DNA of 33,000 bases from Octopus bimaculoides (Eukaryota): NCBI RefSeq assembly GCF_001194135.2, contig NC_068985.1:67632728-67665727 (forward strand), read 5' to 3'. Every line of letters starts with the position of its first letter. Positions within the stretch are counted from its first letter, which is position 1. The position numbers and the translations under genes are program-made. Below, one piece after another: positions 20,815 through 33,000 of the stretch. The notes below the pieces were generated by a model. It did not search any database. It worked only from the letters and a program-made list of their open reading frames with translations, and had not been told where the DNA came from.

Positions 20815-23746
20815 NNNNNNNNNNNNNNNNNNNNNNNNNNNNNNNNNNNNNNNNNNNNNNNNNNNNNNNNNNNNNNNNNNNNNNNNNNNNNNNNNNNNNN
20901 NNNNNNNNNNNNNNNNNNNNNNNNNNNNNNNNNNNNNNNNNNNNNNNNNNNNNNNNNNNNNNNNNNNNNNNNNNNNNNNNNNNNNNNNNNNNNNNNNNNN
21001 NNNNNNNNNNNNNNNNNNNNNNTATATATATATGTATATATATACATATACATACGCACTTCGTCATACAGGTAGACACGCAAACACACAGACACACTCT
21101 AACACACACACGCACATGCACACGCACGCACATGCACGCACACACACACACATATATATAGGCGTGTAAATTACTGGGTTAAAGAGAATTTGATGAAAAC
21201 GTCGAACACTAATCTACGAGTTTTATCGAACCTAATATTCTGCTCCCCAGGGACCTGTGTGTAGGAATTTTGTAAACATCAAACAGAAGGCTACTAGTAT
21301 ATACAACAAAATTCAGACAGTTTACAGTCAGATAAAACGACTTATTGGCATCGTAAGTTACACATTTTTTCCCATATGATAGTTTAAAAAAAATTCGATA
21401 CGCTGATAGTTTCTATCCGACTCACTGCTAAGAATGCTTATAAGATCCAAAATTCAAAGGCGTGGAATAAGTAATATATAAGCTACATATGTTTCTGAAG
21501 TAACTGAAGCTGATTGCATAAGTATTACACAAAAAACCTTCATAACGGCGCTAGTGATCAACCTGAGATTACAGCAATGAAGTATACGTTGTCACCAGGA
21601 ATTGCAAATTGGTAGAAAAGTCAATAACAAATATACAAAGAATGCAAGTTTAAACAATCAAGGAACGTTTTAATGCAAAGTGGAATCGAAATAACGGATA
21701 AAGTGGGTGTGGTTTAGAGTCAAAGAGCAAGAAGAAACAGAGAAATAGAAGGAAAAATAAAGAAAAGTTAAATAGAAAAGGCATTTTGTTGTCATTCTTG
21801 GAAAAGAGGTGATATGCATTCAAGCAATAAAAGTCTTATCAACAAACATTAAGATAGATTAAAGTGAACACCTAGTGTGATGCCTTCCAATATATATAAG
21901 TAAATAGACATCGGGCAAAAAAAAAAGCAATTCAAATATCACGACTATTTGTCTTGATATTTGAATTGTCTTATAGTTAAATATATTTTCATCATACTAT
22001 TTCTCTCGTCGTTTATAACTACACGTGCGCGCGCGCACACACCTACATACATATATGCATATGCAAATATGTACATATGCATATACACACATACACCATA
22101 TATATACACAGACATTATATATGCACTTATATACATTTATATATATNNNNNNNNNNNNNNNNNNNNNNNNNNNNNNNNNNNNNNNNNNNNNNNNNNNNNN
22201 NNNNNNNNNNNNNNNNNNNNNNNNNNNNNNNNNNNNNNNNNNNNNNNNNNNNNNNNNNNNNNNNNNNNNNNNNNNNNNNNNNNNNNNNNNNNNNNNNNNN
22301 NNNNNNNNNNNNNNNNNNNNNNNNNNNNNNNNNNNNNNNNNNNNNNNNNNNNNNNNNNNNNNNNNNNNNNNNNNNNNNNNNNNNNNNNNNNNNNNNNNNN
22401 NNNNNNNNNNNNNNNNNNNNNNNNNNNNNNCATGCATACATACATACACACACAAATGTGTGTGTACGCATTTGTGTGTTGGGGTGTAGATGGAACTCTT
22501 CAGATTGTCCTTAAGGGATGCACCAAAATCTCTAGATATTGCGGAGCCCTATAAAGCTAAAATAACAAGTACTATAAATGTATTGCTTCAGTTGAAGAAA
22601 ATCTATGCGGTAAGCGAGTCGGGAGATACAAGTTTCTAAACCATGTATCCATTGCAGTCCGAATTGCTGCCATTTGAAAATTACATCTCAAAAACAATCA
22701 CTCCTCGCAAGGAAGATTGTCCAAACTACAGATTGTTGTTGTAAAAGTGGCACTTGACATAACATGTAGAAAGAAAATGCACACTTTCAAGACTGTTTCA
22801 TGTGGAGAATTTTCATTTAAATTAAATGGCTCTATTAATTGTCACAATTACATTTACTGAGGACCTGAGAGTCCAAATATTACATAGAAACATCACGTAG
22901 GTTTACCAGGAGTCATATTATCATGAGTTTATCATGAAAAGGGTTAAGTAGTGATTTGAAATTGATGTGTCAATCTCTCATGCCAAACATTCAAGCGGAC
23001 TTTGAAAGTGTGGCGATATATGTCCAGGAAAATGGCACATCCAAAACTGCTATAGGTATGTAAGTGCCTACTTTGGTTAAATTTTTTCAATAAGTGCGTT
23101 AGTCGAAAGGGTTCAATAGGATACGCTCCTGGCTTCTCGGATTTCACACCAATATACTTTTCCCTATGAGATATCTTAAAAGATATGACTTATATTACAA
23201 ATTGGCAAGAGTCGAGGAAATGAGAACAGCAATTAAATGAAAATGCCCACAAATAGCGAAAACTATTCCCTTGATGTTTGCAATTCCATTGTTGACAGGA
23301 GTTCCTGGACTGTGCCCGTCATCGTTTTGTGAATTCATAAAAATATAAAATTCTGTCTATAAATGCTATTAAAATCTGAAAATGAAATATATTTTCATAA
23401 ACATTGGATTTATAATCATTCAATGTGTGTATATATATTTGAGGCGTGGGTTTGAGAAGGTACGTTGTGTATATAATTGCACATGCAAACACACATACGC
23501 ATATTTATATCAGTAGAATTGTATCAAATTCATAAGTTCTCGCTTGTATGTTGTTTTCTATATTTTCATCCTTTTCTCTACCTTAGTGTGATGAACTATC
23601 AATGACGCTGCTAGAGAAGCAGTACCATTAAACCTAATCACTCTGAACTGTAAAAGCGTCGAAACTACGAGGATTCAGGACTAAATGGCTGATAAAAAGA
23701 CTTCCCTAATAAATTCAGGCATGTAATCGTTTCAATATTTCACATC

Positions 23747-23935
23747 TATTCTTAGCGGTATTTCGTTTGCCGTTATGTTCTGAGTTCAAAGTCTCCCGAG
23801 GTCGACTTTACCTTTCATCATTTTGGGGTCAATTAAATAAGTACCTGTTACGCATTGGGTTCGATGTAATCGACTTAATCCCTTTCTCTCTCCTTGTTTG
23901 TCCGCTCTATGTTTAGTCCCCTGGGCAATAAAAAA
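23747..23935 (+). mobile_element. 5'-truncated cephalopod-type SINE with 13-bp TSD and alternative 3' tail
   Basis: cttagcggtatttcg..gttctgagttcaaa..gaggtcgactttacctttcatc..ggggtc..aaataagtacc. TSD aatatttcacatc at 23734-23746 and 23936-23948. Confidence 0.9.
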
Positions 23936-24220
23936 AATATTTCACATCAATGTCGACAACTAGTTAATACGTCTTGTCTCCCTTGATTTGTTGTTCTCTA
24001 TTCATATTGCTGCAATATTTTTCCTTTTCTCCTTACTTCCACTTATACCCCCTTGATATGAACTATCACTGGCGCAACTAGATTTAGATTATGGAATCTA
24101 AAAACTTTGGAATTTACATCCGCTGAAATTCCAACAGTGATGCCTCCAAGTTTGATTAGAAGCTTTTCCTGTTCACTTTCTCCTTTTCTATTAATTGCTT
24201 CCCCATTATACTCCGCTTTT

Positions 24221-24223
<3 letters not shown>

Positions 24224-24296
<73 letters not shown>
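24224..24296. repeat. (CT)n + (CA)n compound microsatellite
   Basis: Directly visible. Confidence 0.95.
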
Positions 24297-24301
<5 letters not shown>

Positions 24302-24829
24302 CTCATATGGTATATACGTATATATAATGTATGTACATCCGTATGTATATATGTATGTATATTGTTGCGTTTCTTAGGGTTCTTTAACCAATACTGACAC
24401 ATGCACAGATTCACCATCAATGCTTTATCCTCAAATATTACAATAAATAACTTATTGATTTCTTATTTAATATTTTGGTTAAATTATCCATCGGTTGTTT
24501 GTCACAGTCCTTTGATCGCTACCCGTAACCTTATCACTGACATGCCCTAACTCTTCAAAAGTCCTGCCTTGAGTCTTTTAGAGGATTAATGTTTTGCTTG
24601 TGGGTATGTATACTTATCTATATGTATATAATAGATATAATGGTTGTGTATTGGAATTGTGCATGACTACATATATTTATTGGTATGGCTATCCTTGTAT
24701 CCTACTGTCATTCGAATCCTACCTATATATAATTATCTACACCTGCGCACACATGTCCACCTATACACATGGCTTCACAAATGTTTATATTTAATACGTG
24801 GAAAGTGGAAATGGTCTTGGGGTTCTACA

Positions 24830-25245
24830 ACCTACTTTCTATATTTTTTATTCAGTTGTGACATTGCCTCATTTATGAAAGGAACCTCATGTATCTGTCG
24901 TAACGGTGAGTCTCTCGAGTGTTTAAACAAGATTTCGTTACTAACTTGATTCAATATGTTGTCATGTTGAACTTACGCACACTTATAGAGTAAAGACGAC
25001 TATATCCTGTCATTATACACCCATAAGGGTCGTTTAGTTTTTCAGCTCAATTCCTTGAAGTTTCCCCGGTGTATGCCGTATTCCAGTTCTTATAACCTTA
25101 CTTCATGTTATTTTTTTTTTTTTTATGCGGTAGGCTACATTCCTAAGTATTACGGTTAACAGACGCCTTCTCAACAGTCACTGACCTTAGAAATCATATT
25201 ACACACTTTCAAGAGCATTCTTAACCTAAACGGCCAACATAGTTG
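24830..25245 (-). mobile_element. Penelope-like element remnant: RT-EN linker and GIY-YIG endonuclease
   Basis: YVGRL..VKNALESV*YDF*GQ*LLRRRLLTV ~ PYV.GLSE.I.R.L....I.V.FK...TLR..L; GYKNWNTAYTGETSRN*AEKL (25051-25095) ~ VY.I.C..C...YIGET.R.L..R; EILFKHSRDSPLRQIHEVPFINEAMSQLNKK ~ IL.....R.I.EA..I.....LN. Confidence 0.6.
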
Positions 25246-25438
25246 GTCAATTTTCCCATTTCATAGTTGGCCTCGACAATGTCTAGCCACACTCCTGGTG
25301 TATTCTTGGTATATTCTTTTGTTTTGTCTGATAGTTACGGTCTTTTATAATGATGTAATGTTCTCATTCTTCTATTAGACAATTATGTATGAAACAGTTG
25401 CAATGAGCTGACGATTATCCATCGCATGTTATTATTTG

Positions 25439-25475
<37 letters not shown>

Positions 25476-25879
25476 NNNNNNNNNNNNNNNNNNNNNNNNN
25501 NNNNNNNNNNNNNNNNNNNNNNNNNNNNNNNNNNNNNNNNNNNNNNNNNNNNNNNNNNNNNNNNNNNNNNNNNNNNNNNNNNNNNNNNNNNNNNNNNNNN
25601 NNNNNNNNNNNNNNNNNNACTGAAATATTTTAGAATTTGTTTGAAAGAATTCTCGTTATATGTGTCAAATATTTAGAGTTGTAATTCAAATTCCCGTGAT
25701 TTCAATTTTATATTTGAAATTGTAAAGTAGTTTTGGATGTTGAATCTTTCTCCAGGGAATTTTCACTAAAACATGTGCTATTTTGACTTGATTAACACAA
25801 GCACGCTTTTATATTTAAAAAAAAAAAATATTTTCAACAACACTCTATCTCACATTTCTGCTGACGTAAATACTTGTGT

Positions 25880-25880
<1 letters not shown>

Positions 25881-25948
<68 letters not shown>
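25881..25948. repeat. (GATA)n microsatellite
   Basis: Directly visible. Confidence 0.97.
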
Positions 25949-28569
25949 CAGATACATACATACATACATGCATACAAACATATATATATAAACATATATA
26001 CATGCATATATGCATACGTACATAAATACAGCCAGAGAAGCATACCGGTATATAAATAGATCTATAGACACATAGATAGATAATATGCATATATATATGT
26101 ATATGTTTCTATGTGTGTGCTTATTTATGCATAATTGTACACATACACATACACACATTCTTACAAATGCACATACACACACAAACTTATATATACATAT
26201 ATTTAACTATCTATTTACGTTTGCAATGTAGCTTCATTCTGAATTTTCAACAGAACATAGTTCATAATATAACTTTAATGTGAATGTTTATGTAAATTAC
26301 TCTTAGGATGAGAACATCTGAAAATGTTAATGTTCAAAATATCAATCTACACAATATTGATCGTGCGTGTATGCGAAAATATTGTACATTGTTTTGTATA
26401 TATCGAAGAAACATCTACCATTACGAGACTATATTTTTGGATGAAGTCACATGATGTTTCATGATATTCATCTTCCTTTTTATGTCATGTTATCTATATT
26501 CCAGTTCGTGTACCTTTGCTATGATTGAGAAATGGGATGTTTGTATTTGTTTGGGGGAAGAAGTGGTACTTCGTAGTCTAAAAAGTACTTTCACATGACA
26601 AATCAATGCATTAAATATTGTCTAATCTCTATTTTCAGTTCCTTTCCAGGTCGGTAAGCTTCATGTGACACATATTCTTTTCTTCTAAAGTTCATATGGA
26701 TCCTGTTCTTTTTTGCTTGGATACATTTCTATCGGTATCCTTTATCTACAATGAAGACAGAAGATCACCTGAGAAACTATATGTGTTATACCGATATATC
26801 TGATCCCACACATGCAATGCTGCACGGAGTAATTCAGTGAAATGACGAATGATACGAAACGAGGCTGGCATATTTTTGTGGCTGTATGTGGTCTTGCCTC
26901 AAAGGTATCAGATAGTGTATTTGTATATCATCTGAAGTAGCTAAGAGGAATATGTGGCTTTCGGGACTTGCTGAATGGTATGCCAAACTTACCTCGAATT
27001 CTTTTAGTAGTGCAGCACGCCTGATGATTAGGTATGTCCCATGATGCCAAATTCACGAAAAATGCTGCCCATGCTTGACTTACAGTTTCCTTGTTATAAA
27101 AGTGATGCTGTCACCGTGGAAGCCGCTTTCAAATTCTGGCGTCATGTTCTTTGGAATTGATTGAATCACTCATTTACATCGACTTAAACTATGACAATCA
27201 TAGCAATGCCGAAATATTATTTCCTATTTTTGTCTAGTAATGAAAGAAACATAGAATGAGACTCGTTAGCTGAAATATATTTATTTCATGACTGATCACT
27301 ATCAACATTAAAGATAGATAAGTGTAATAGCATTTTATAGGCTATCACTAACATTCAGTTTCTACATTTTCTAACGACTTTAGCAGATGTCAATCTTTAT
27401 GGTTATAATCTTAGTTTGGAATTGAAAAGCAAACCCTGACATGATTTATTCGGGTTCATAAAAGAAATAGGATTTACTTTGAAAAAATAAGAATTAATTT
27501 CACTGTATTCATTTATGGTTAAGTGAGATTTCGAATAATTGCAGCCAGTTTCAAACTGTGGACCTGGATCGATATCTTTTACTTTTTCTACAATTCCTAA
27601 TTCAATAGTCAATTATTGTAAGAATTAATTAGTTATTAACATTTCCATCCTGATCATTCAGTACTTGTTTACATTTAGTCGTAACTCACTACTTAAGTGA
27701 GTGTGCGTGCGTGTGCGTGTGTTTGGATGTGTGTGTGTATATACGCGAGTGTGCATATGCGTTTGCGTGTGTGTATAACGGAATAATAGCAATTATCTTT
27801 GCCTCTTCCATCATTTATTTATCAGAAAACACAATTTTAATTTTCCGAGTATAATCGAAAGAACAAGGCTGTTCCACAAGATGCTACGATTGGTAATGTG
27901 TTACATCTCACTGCTTAACTTATATGGACACTTCTAGAAAGAAGCTCGTGTTTATGCAAAGACGCATAGAAACTGCAGATTAAATTCAACGATTAAATTC
28001 AAACGGATGCTATTCTTGTGCAATTTTGACAACACACGCTTAAATTAACGCTATTTGTACATTTCTTATAATTTTTCGTAAATTTATTCCTCTTCTCTTG
28101 TGTTAACATTATCTATTAGTTTTAGCATATAATGTTACTTCAGCATGCTGTAATTATAGGTTTGTCATTTAACATACTCTTGTGATTGATTAATAGAACT
28201 GTTTTGGGTATTAGAATGCAACTTGCTTTTCATCATGCAAAGTAAGATTTCAAGGGTATCGATCTAATTTATTATAAATGTGCTTTACACCGCCCATGTG
28301 TTGCTCAGAATTTCTAAAACCCAATTCCACACGCAAAATAGCATTTGCAATATGCAACCTGCTTTAATAACTGACAAGATATACGATGTAGCTGATTTAG
28401 TATTTCTATCACGGCAAATACAGCTTCATATTGCACATGAAGTTTTAGTTTTGTTTCACGTTCTGGTTCTAGAAAAATAAATTCTCTATTATAATTGCTA
28501 TATACAAGTGCATATAGCTGTATCTTCGAATATATCTATCAATCTATCATTCAATTTATTATGTATGCT

Positions 28570-28572
<3 letters not shown>

Positions 28573-28627
<55 letters not shown>
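28573..28627. repeat. (TA)n microsatellite
   Basis: Directly visible. Confidence 0.97.
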
Positions 28628-28640
<13 letters not shown>

Positions 28641-29119
28641 ACACACACATGTATATGTATGTGTGTGTGTATCTGCTTATGTGTGTGATTATATATGTTG
28701 TGCTTATATACGGTAAAAGACTCGTCTCACTAGGTATATTATTCCCATAATCTTATTTATCTCATTGCAGTATTCTCAGCTCGTATCCTCAGAATGATTA
28801 CATTTGATTCACTGATGATATGGTGTCACGCTAACATTTTTTCTTTGAACTTACCACGTCAAAGTTTAAAACATTTGATAATTTATTACTTTTATTGGTA
28901 GTATCAGGTTCTTTTTGTGTGTGTCTTCCATCCACGACTATTCAAAATTGCATGTGTTTGGGAAATGCAGAGTGTAATATGAATATACAAGTAGCGGTAC
29001 ATATTTATGTCATCTCTCCTTCCTCTTCTTTTCTACTTCCTTTCCTTTTTTCTCATTCATCATCTTCCTTATCACTATATTGTTGTTGTTGTTGACGTTA
29101 TAATGTAGATCCACGTCAA

Positions 29120-29330
29120 CTTATATGTTACTGTCTGTACTATACTATTATTGTCTCCACTGTTATGTTGTGGCGGCAATCCGAGTCTTATTATCTTTGG
29201 CTTGTCTATCGTGCTATCACTGATAGCTCTGCGAGACAATGACTTCGAAACATCTAACCTGACGGTAACTCGAACTCGTACATAACACATAATTGACACT
29301 GGCACCAACTGAGAACTTGTGCACGGACTC
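29120..29330. repeat. ~210-bp dispersed repeat, copy 1 (copy 2 at ~32570-32785)
   Basis: Shared blocks gtctatcgtgctatc, agacaatgactt, tgacggtaactcgaac, ataacac..a.tgacactg, ccaactgagaact, gactcta in the same order and orientation. Confidence 0.85.
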
Positions 29331-29919
29331 TAGGACATCGAAGACCCGTTGGTATTTGACCACGTTCACTGTGGAGCGTCCGGGAATTCTAGTATGTAGG
29401 GATCAATTAACTGGAAGCGACTTAGTAGATCCCAGAAGCCACAGTTGGTCTCCTATTTGAATCCGAGCCACCACTGACCACGCGCGCATCGAGAATAGTG
29501 TTCAAGTCACCTAACATTACTAAGGAATGTGACGTGCTTAGGAACTTCTCCAAATCTCGGAAATAATCAGTCTGCCTCTAATTGGTGCGATAACTGCCAC
29601 CAACCTGATTTCCTTACCACAGCTGAATGTCAAGTCTAAGATGAACAGCCTACATTCTGGATCAGAAAAAAACCCCTTTTTCTCTGAAACTCGGTTTCTT
29701 TTTTGTTGAGGACTAATACCGCCTCCCCCCCGGTCGCCCTGGAGAAATGGATTTCTCGTAGCCATCCAGGAGAGGGAGCAAAACTCTTGGTCTTTTTAAC
29801 CAAGTTTCAGTAGCAACAATGATATCTAGACTTAGTGACCTGAAGTCATTTAGGAAACGTCTTTGTTTCCAGCTCGATGCCACGCCACGCACATTTATAC
29901 AGCCTACGTGAACAGACAT
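29330..29919 (-). pseudogene. ORF2 AP-endonuclease of an L1/Tx1-clade LINE, frameshifted and 3'-truncated
   Basis: MSVHVGCINVRGVASSWKQRRFLNDFRSLSLDIIVATETWL; RLFILDL..GKEIRLVAVIAP; LVMLGDLNTILDAR; DLLSRFQLID; TWSNTNGS. No RT downstream. Confidence 0.85.
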
Positions 29920-29929
29920 AAGGCAAAAA

Positions 29930-31310
29930 ATAATAACTTACTTGGTGTCGTGAGTCGGGGGGGGGAGTAACTCGCCTCTTTTTCTTTTTCTCGAGCCCGT
30001 GGCGTCGGAGCGATGTGGCCCTCGAATATTTTTTCAGATAAGTCCCATCTTAGAGGGCCTACATCTTGTCGAAAGTCGTTTGAAAGAATGTTAGTTTTTT
30101 ACAGTCTATTCTGTATATTTCTATTCCGTTAATTTTAAATTTTTCACTTGTAATTTCTTCTCCATGCTCAGCTGCAATTCTATCAATCAACAATGTATTA
30201 GAACTGCGCACTGCCATGTAACACTTTTCAGTTTTAGCTTTTTAGTTTCTTGTTTCTTTGCTTTTATATACTGTCTATTCTCAGGATTTTATTTTTCCTC
30301 TGTGTTGGCTTTTAATTTTATTTTGGTTAGTTGGATCATCTACCTGTTCTCCCACTCTGGTACCGGAGTCAGTTAAGTCGCTCCTACCGGTTTGCCTTCC
30401 ACGGTCTCCTTCGCCGTCTCTTCTTTCTTTTTTTTTCTGCTTCTCTTTTACAGTCCACTCTGAGGTGGCCTTTTTTTCCACACTGGAAGCATCGCGTTTG
30501 ACGCCCTTCCACCATTAGATCCATTCGCGTCTCACCAACCACAATGGTTTCTGTTATTTCTTCCAGTGTAGCTAGATCAGCTTGAATAATCATTTTAATG
30601 TCCTGGCCGTGCCAGTTGAGTGGTTCTCATACTTCCACTTCTAAGATATTAATTTTTTCTTCTAGTCCGTCTACCACGGCCGTAACCAGTCACTCTGGGT
30701 CCAAATCAGGGGGATTTCCTCTTATGTTAATTCTAGACGTCCTCCTACCCATATATATGAGCAGAAGAATGACTTCTTCTGTTTTCAATGGACTTATGGA
30801 ATGGAGTCTTGCTTCCTCCTCTGACTCCATTCTAACTTCTACTGTCGCGTACTTTTAGCCTCTGGTCATGTATCATATTTTAAGCCAAATGGGTTTTACA
30901 TATTTCGTGATTTCATTTTCGACGACATAATTTTCTTTTCTTGTATTTTGTCTGTTTTATATATAATCGTCCTTCTTTCCACGTTTTCTTGTAATTCCTT
31001 TGGTGGTACTAGCCTTGGTTCACTTCTCTCCCTGACCAACAATTCTTTGTGTCTTTGTAGATTTTCCATATTAATCTCTTTTGGAGTTGCACCTGCTGCA
31101 GCGGCAAAGTCATTTTTCTTTTTTCTTTTTCTTTCTTTTCTTCAAATTTTCCTTGGTTAACAAGCTTATAATGTCAATATTTCTCCTAGTCGTTGCTGCT
31201 ATGTTCTTTTCCTCATCATCCTCCTCCAAAACGTTCTCTACAATCCTTTCTATTTCTTCTTCTGACATGGTCCATGTGCTCGCCATCTCACTGGTCGAAG
31301 TGCTTGCCAT
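29930..31310 (-). pseudogene. ORF1 (gag-like, CCHC zinc knuckle) of the same L1/Tx1-like LINE; T-rich 5'UTR extends to ~31550
   Basis: MASTSTSE.., FAAAAG..LVPPKELQENVERRTIIYKTDKI, YATVEVRM..YMGRRTSRINIRGNPPDL, CFQCGKKGHLRVDC (30450-30491), basic tail. Stops and frameshifts present; directly upstream of the ORF2 ATG at 29919. Confidence 0.85.
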
Positions 31311-31984
31311 CTCACAGGCGTTCTCCAAACGGGGCAACACAGCAAAAGTTCAACAAATGTTCAACAATAATTATTCAACAAAAGAACAGCAATTCAAACA
31401 GAAAAACAACAACAAAATTTTACCTCTCCAACTATGCAACGCACGGCACCAAATCCAAAAAAAAACAAGAGGTTTGTGCGGAGACAACATTGACCCGCCC
31501 GGATTGTTGGTGAAATTCGACCAGTAATCGAGCTAAAAGACTTGGAGCCTTTCATGTGGTATTAAAAAGGAAAATAGAGAGCAAAATTGTTTTGTTGGAA
31601 AAAAGGGAAGACAAAGGGGAAAAAAAGAAAAAAAAAGGAACAAAAAAAGTAAAAAAGTAAAAGTGATTCATGGAANNNNNNNNNNNNNNNNNNNNNNNNN
31701 NNNNNNNNNNNNNNNNNNNNNNNNNNNNNNNNNNNNNNNNNNNNNNNNNNNNNNNNNNNNNNNNNNNTTTTATGTTTTTTGTCCCCATTGCGGTGTCGTG
31801 TCTGTCCTTGTAGTGTCCCCCTCTGTGTTGTGGCTGCAGTGCCAAATAAAGACAGGAGTTGAGTTGAGGTCGTTGTTGATAACGAAATGTTTTTATCGTA
31901 AGTCAGAGCATTAAATATTTGTTTGTTAATTATTACTGTTCGAATTGTTGGAATTGTTTTATTTTTCTCTTCCCATTGGGGAAA

Positions 31985-32280
31985 ATGGAGAAAACGCCAG
32001 TGGATGACCACAGTTATGCGGCCGCAACTGGAAAAGAAATAGAAAAGGAAACGCTGGAAACAATTGAAATTAAGGTAGAACCAAAGAAAATGAAGGAATG
32101 TGAGAGGTTGCTGGAGAAAGTTGGAGATACGTTAAAGTTAACGCCGCCCGCTGAACTGACAAGCAATGTAATAAAAAGAACAGTTGTATTCAAGACAATG
32201 AAAATTGCAACGAGAAAGATAGAGATTGCGACAGAGGAGGAAATTGAAGAATGTCTAAAAAGCATAAAAGAATCTAACAA
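31985..32280 (+). pseudogene. N-terminal ORF1 fragment of a related L1/Tx1-like LINE in opposite orientation (5'UTR ~31767-31984)
   Basis: SYAAATG..ERLLEKVGDTLKLTPPAELTSNVIKRTVVFKTMKIATRKI aligns with FAAAAG..KELLVRERSEPRLVPPKELQENVERRTIIYKTDKIQEKKI; similar T-rich leader. Confidence 0.7.
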
Positions 32281-32569
32281 CAAATTGCTGTTGTTGTTCT
32301 TTGAGTTGTTCTTGTTGCTGTATTTGCAACTCAACTAGACCCCCTCAAAAGTTTACCATTATTTTTCGAATTTTTCGTAAAATATGTACAACAGATATGC
32401 TTGTTACTCCTCTGTCCAATTTCTAATTTCTCCACCTCAAAAATTTTTCAACCATGTTTGCGGAAATTATTTATTTTCTCGTGAAATAATATATTTTTTC
32501 TAACGTTGTCCGCGTGAATTGTTTATATCCTTGTCGCCACTGTTACGCTGCTTTACTGTGGTTTCTTGT

Positions 32570-32785
32570 CCACTTGTATGTTTTTGTTGACGCTATACAA
32601 TTCTTGTCTCAACTATTATGTTTAGGTGATATTCGGCGTCATAGCATCTTTGACTCGTCTATCGTGCTATCGCTGGTAGGTCCACAAGACAATGACTTTG
32701 AAATACCAACCTTGACGGTAACTCGAACACTTATATAACACGTAACTGACACTGACTCCAACTGAGAACTCGTACAACGACTCTA
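32570..32785. repeat. ~210-bp dispersed repeat, copy 2, followed by (CTA)n
   Basis: Alignable by eye to 29120-29330 (roughly 70-80% identity, estimated). Confidence 0.85.
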
Positions 32786-32894
32786 CTACTACTACTACTA
32801 CTGACCTTTAAAACGACTGAATATCTGACTTTATAGTGGCTGTCATACAACTTTTTTCTCATGGGAAGGGGAGTACCATTTTCAGTACAACAAC

Positions 32895-32976
<82 letters not shown>
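32895..32976. repeat. (ATT)n microsatellite
   Basis: Directly visible. Confidence 0.97.
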
Positions 32977-33000
32977 TTATGTTTGACTTTTGTTTTGCAT

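Noticed and set aside
22938-23056. Protein-like open stretch MPNIQADFESVAIYVQENGTSKTAI ending at ag|GTATGT
   Set aside because: No good acceptor and no recognisable homology.
26640-27200. More complex-looking sequence with minus-strand GTAAG donors
   Set aside because: All frames are interrupted and no family motif was recognised.
1883-28750. Many ORF-track entries with YIYI, CVCV, THTH, SLSL, FFLS or X runs
   Set aside because: They are translations of microsatellites or N-gaps, not proteins.

Overview
AT-rich, microsatellite-dense eukaryotic DNA from a gapped draft assembly (7 N-gaps, most next to (TA)n runs). The SINE families suggest an octopus/cephalopod genome; this is recalled family knowledge, not a database search. 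No intact host gene, RNA gene or CRISPR array is supportable, and most ORF-track entries are microsatellite or N-gap artefacts. The window is a graveyard of decayed mobile elements: tRNA-derived SINEs (9.35-10.2 kb, 23.7 kb, two with clear TSDs), an RTE-clade LINE RT fragment fused to a Ty3/Gypsy RT fragment (12.9-14.2 kb), a mariner fragment abutting a Tc3-like DD34E element (19.0-20.76 kb), a Penelope GIY-YIG remnant (24.8-25.2 kb), a probable piggyBac scrap (8.9 kb) and three divergent copies of one L1/Tx1-like ORF1 family (15.4-16.3, 29.9-31.3, 32.0-32.3 kb), one with a zinc knuckle and an AP-endonuclease. The most notable unexplained structures are a perfect 19-bp-arm GC-rich palindrome downstream of a PPT and TATA box (14381-14420), a ~210-bp direct repeat bracketing the Tx1-like cluster, a ~240-bp foldback element at the window start, and two degenerate hammerhead-like motifs. 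I do not see a clearly new biological system.
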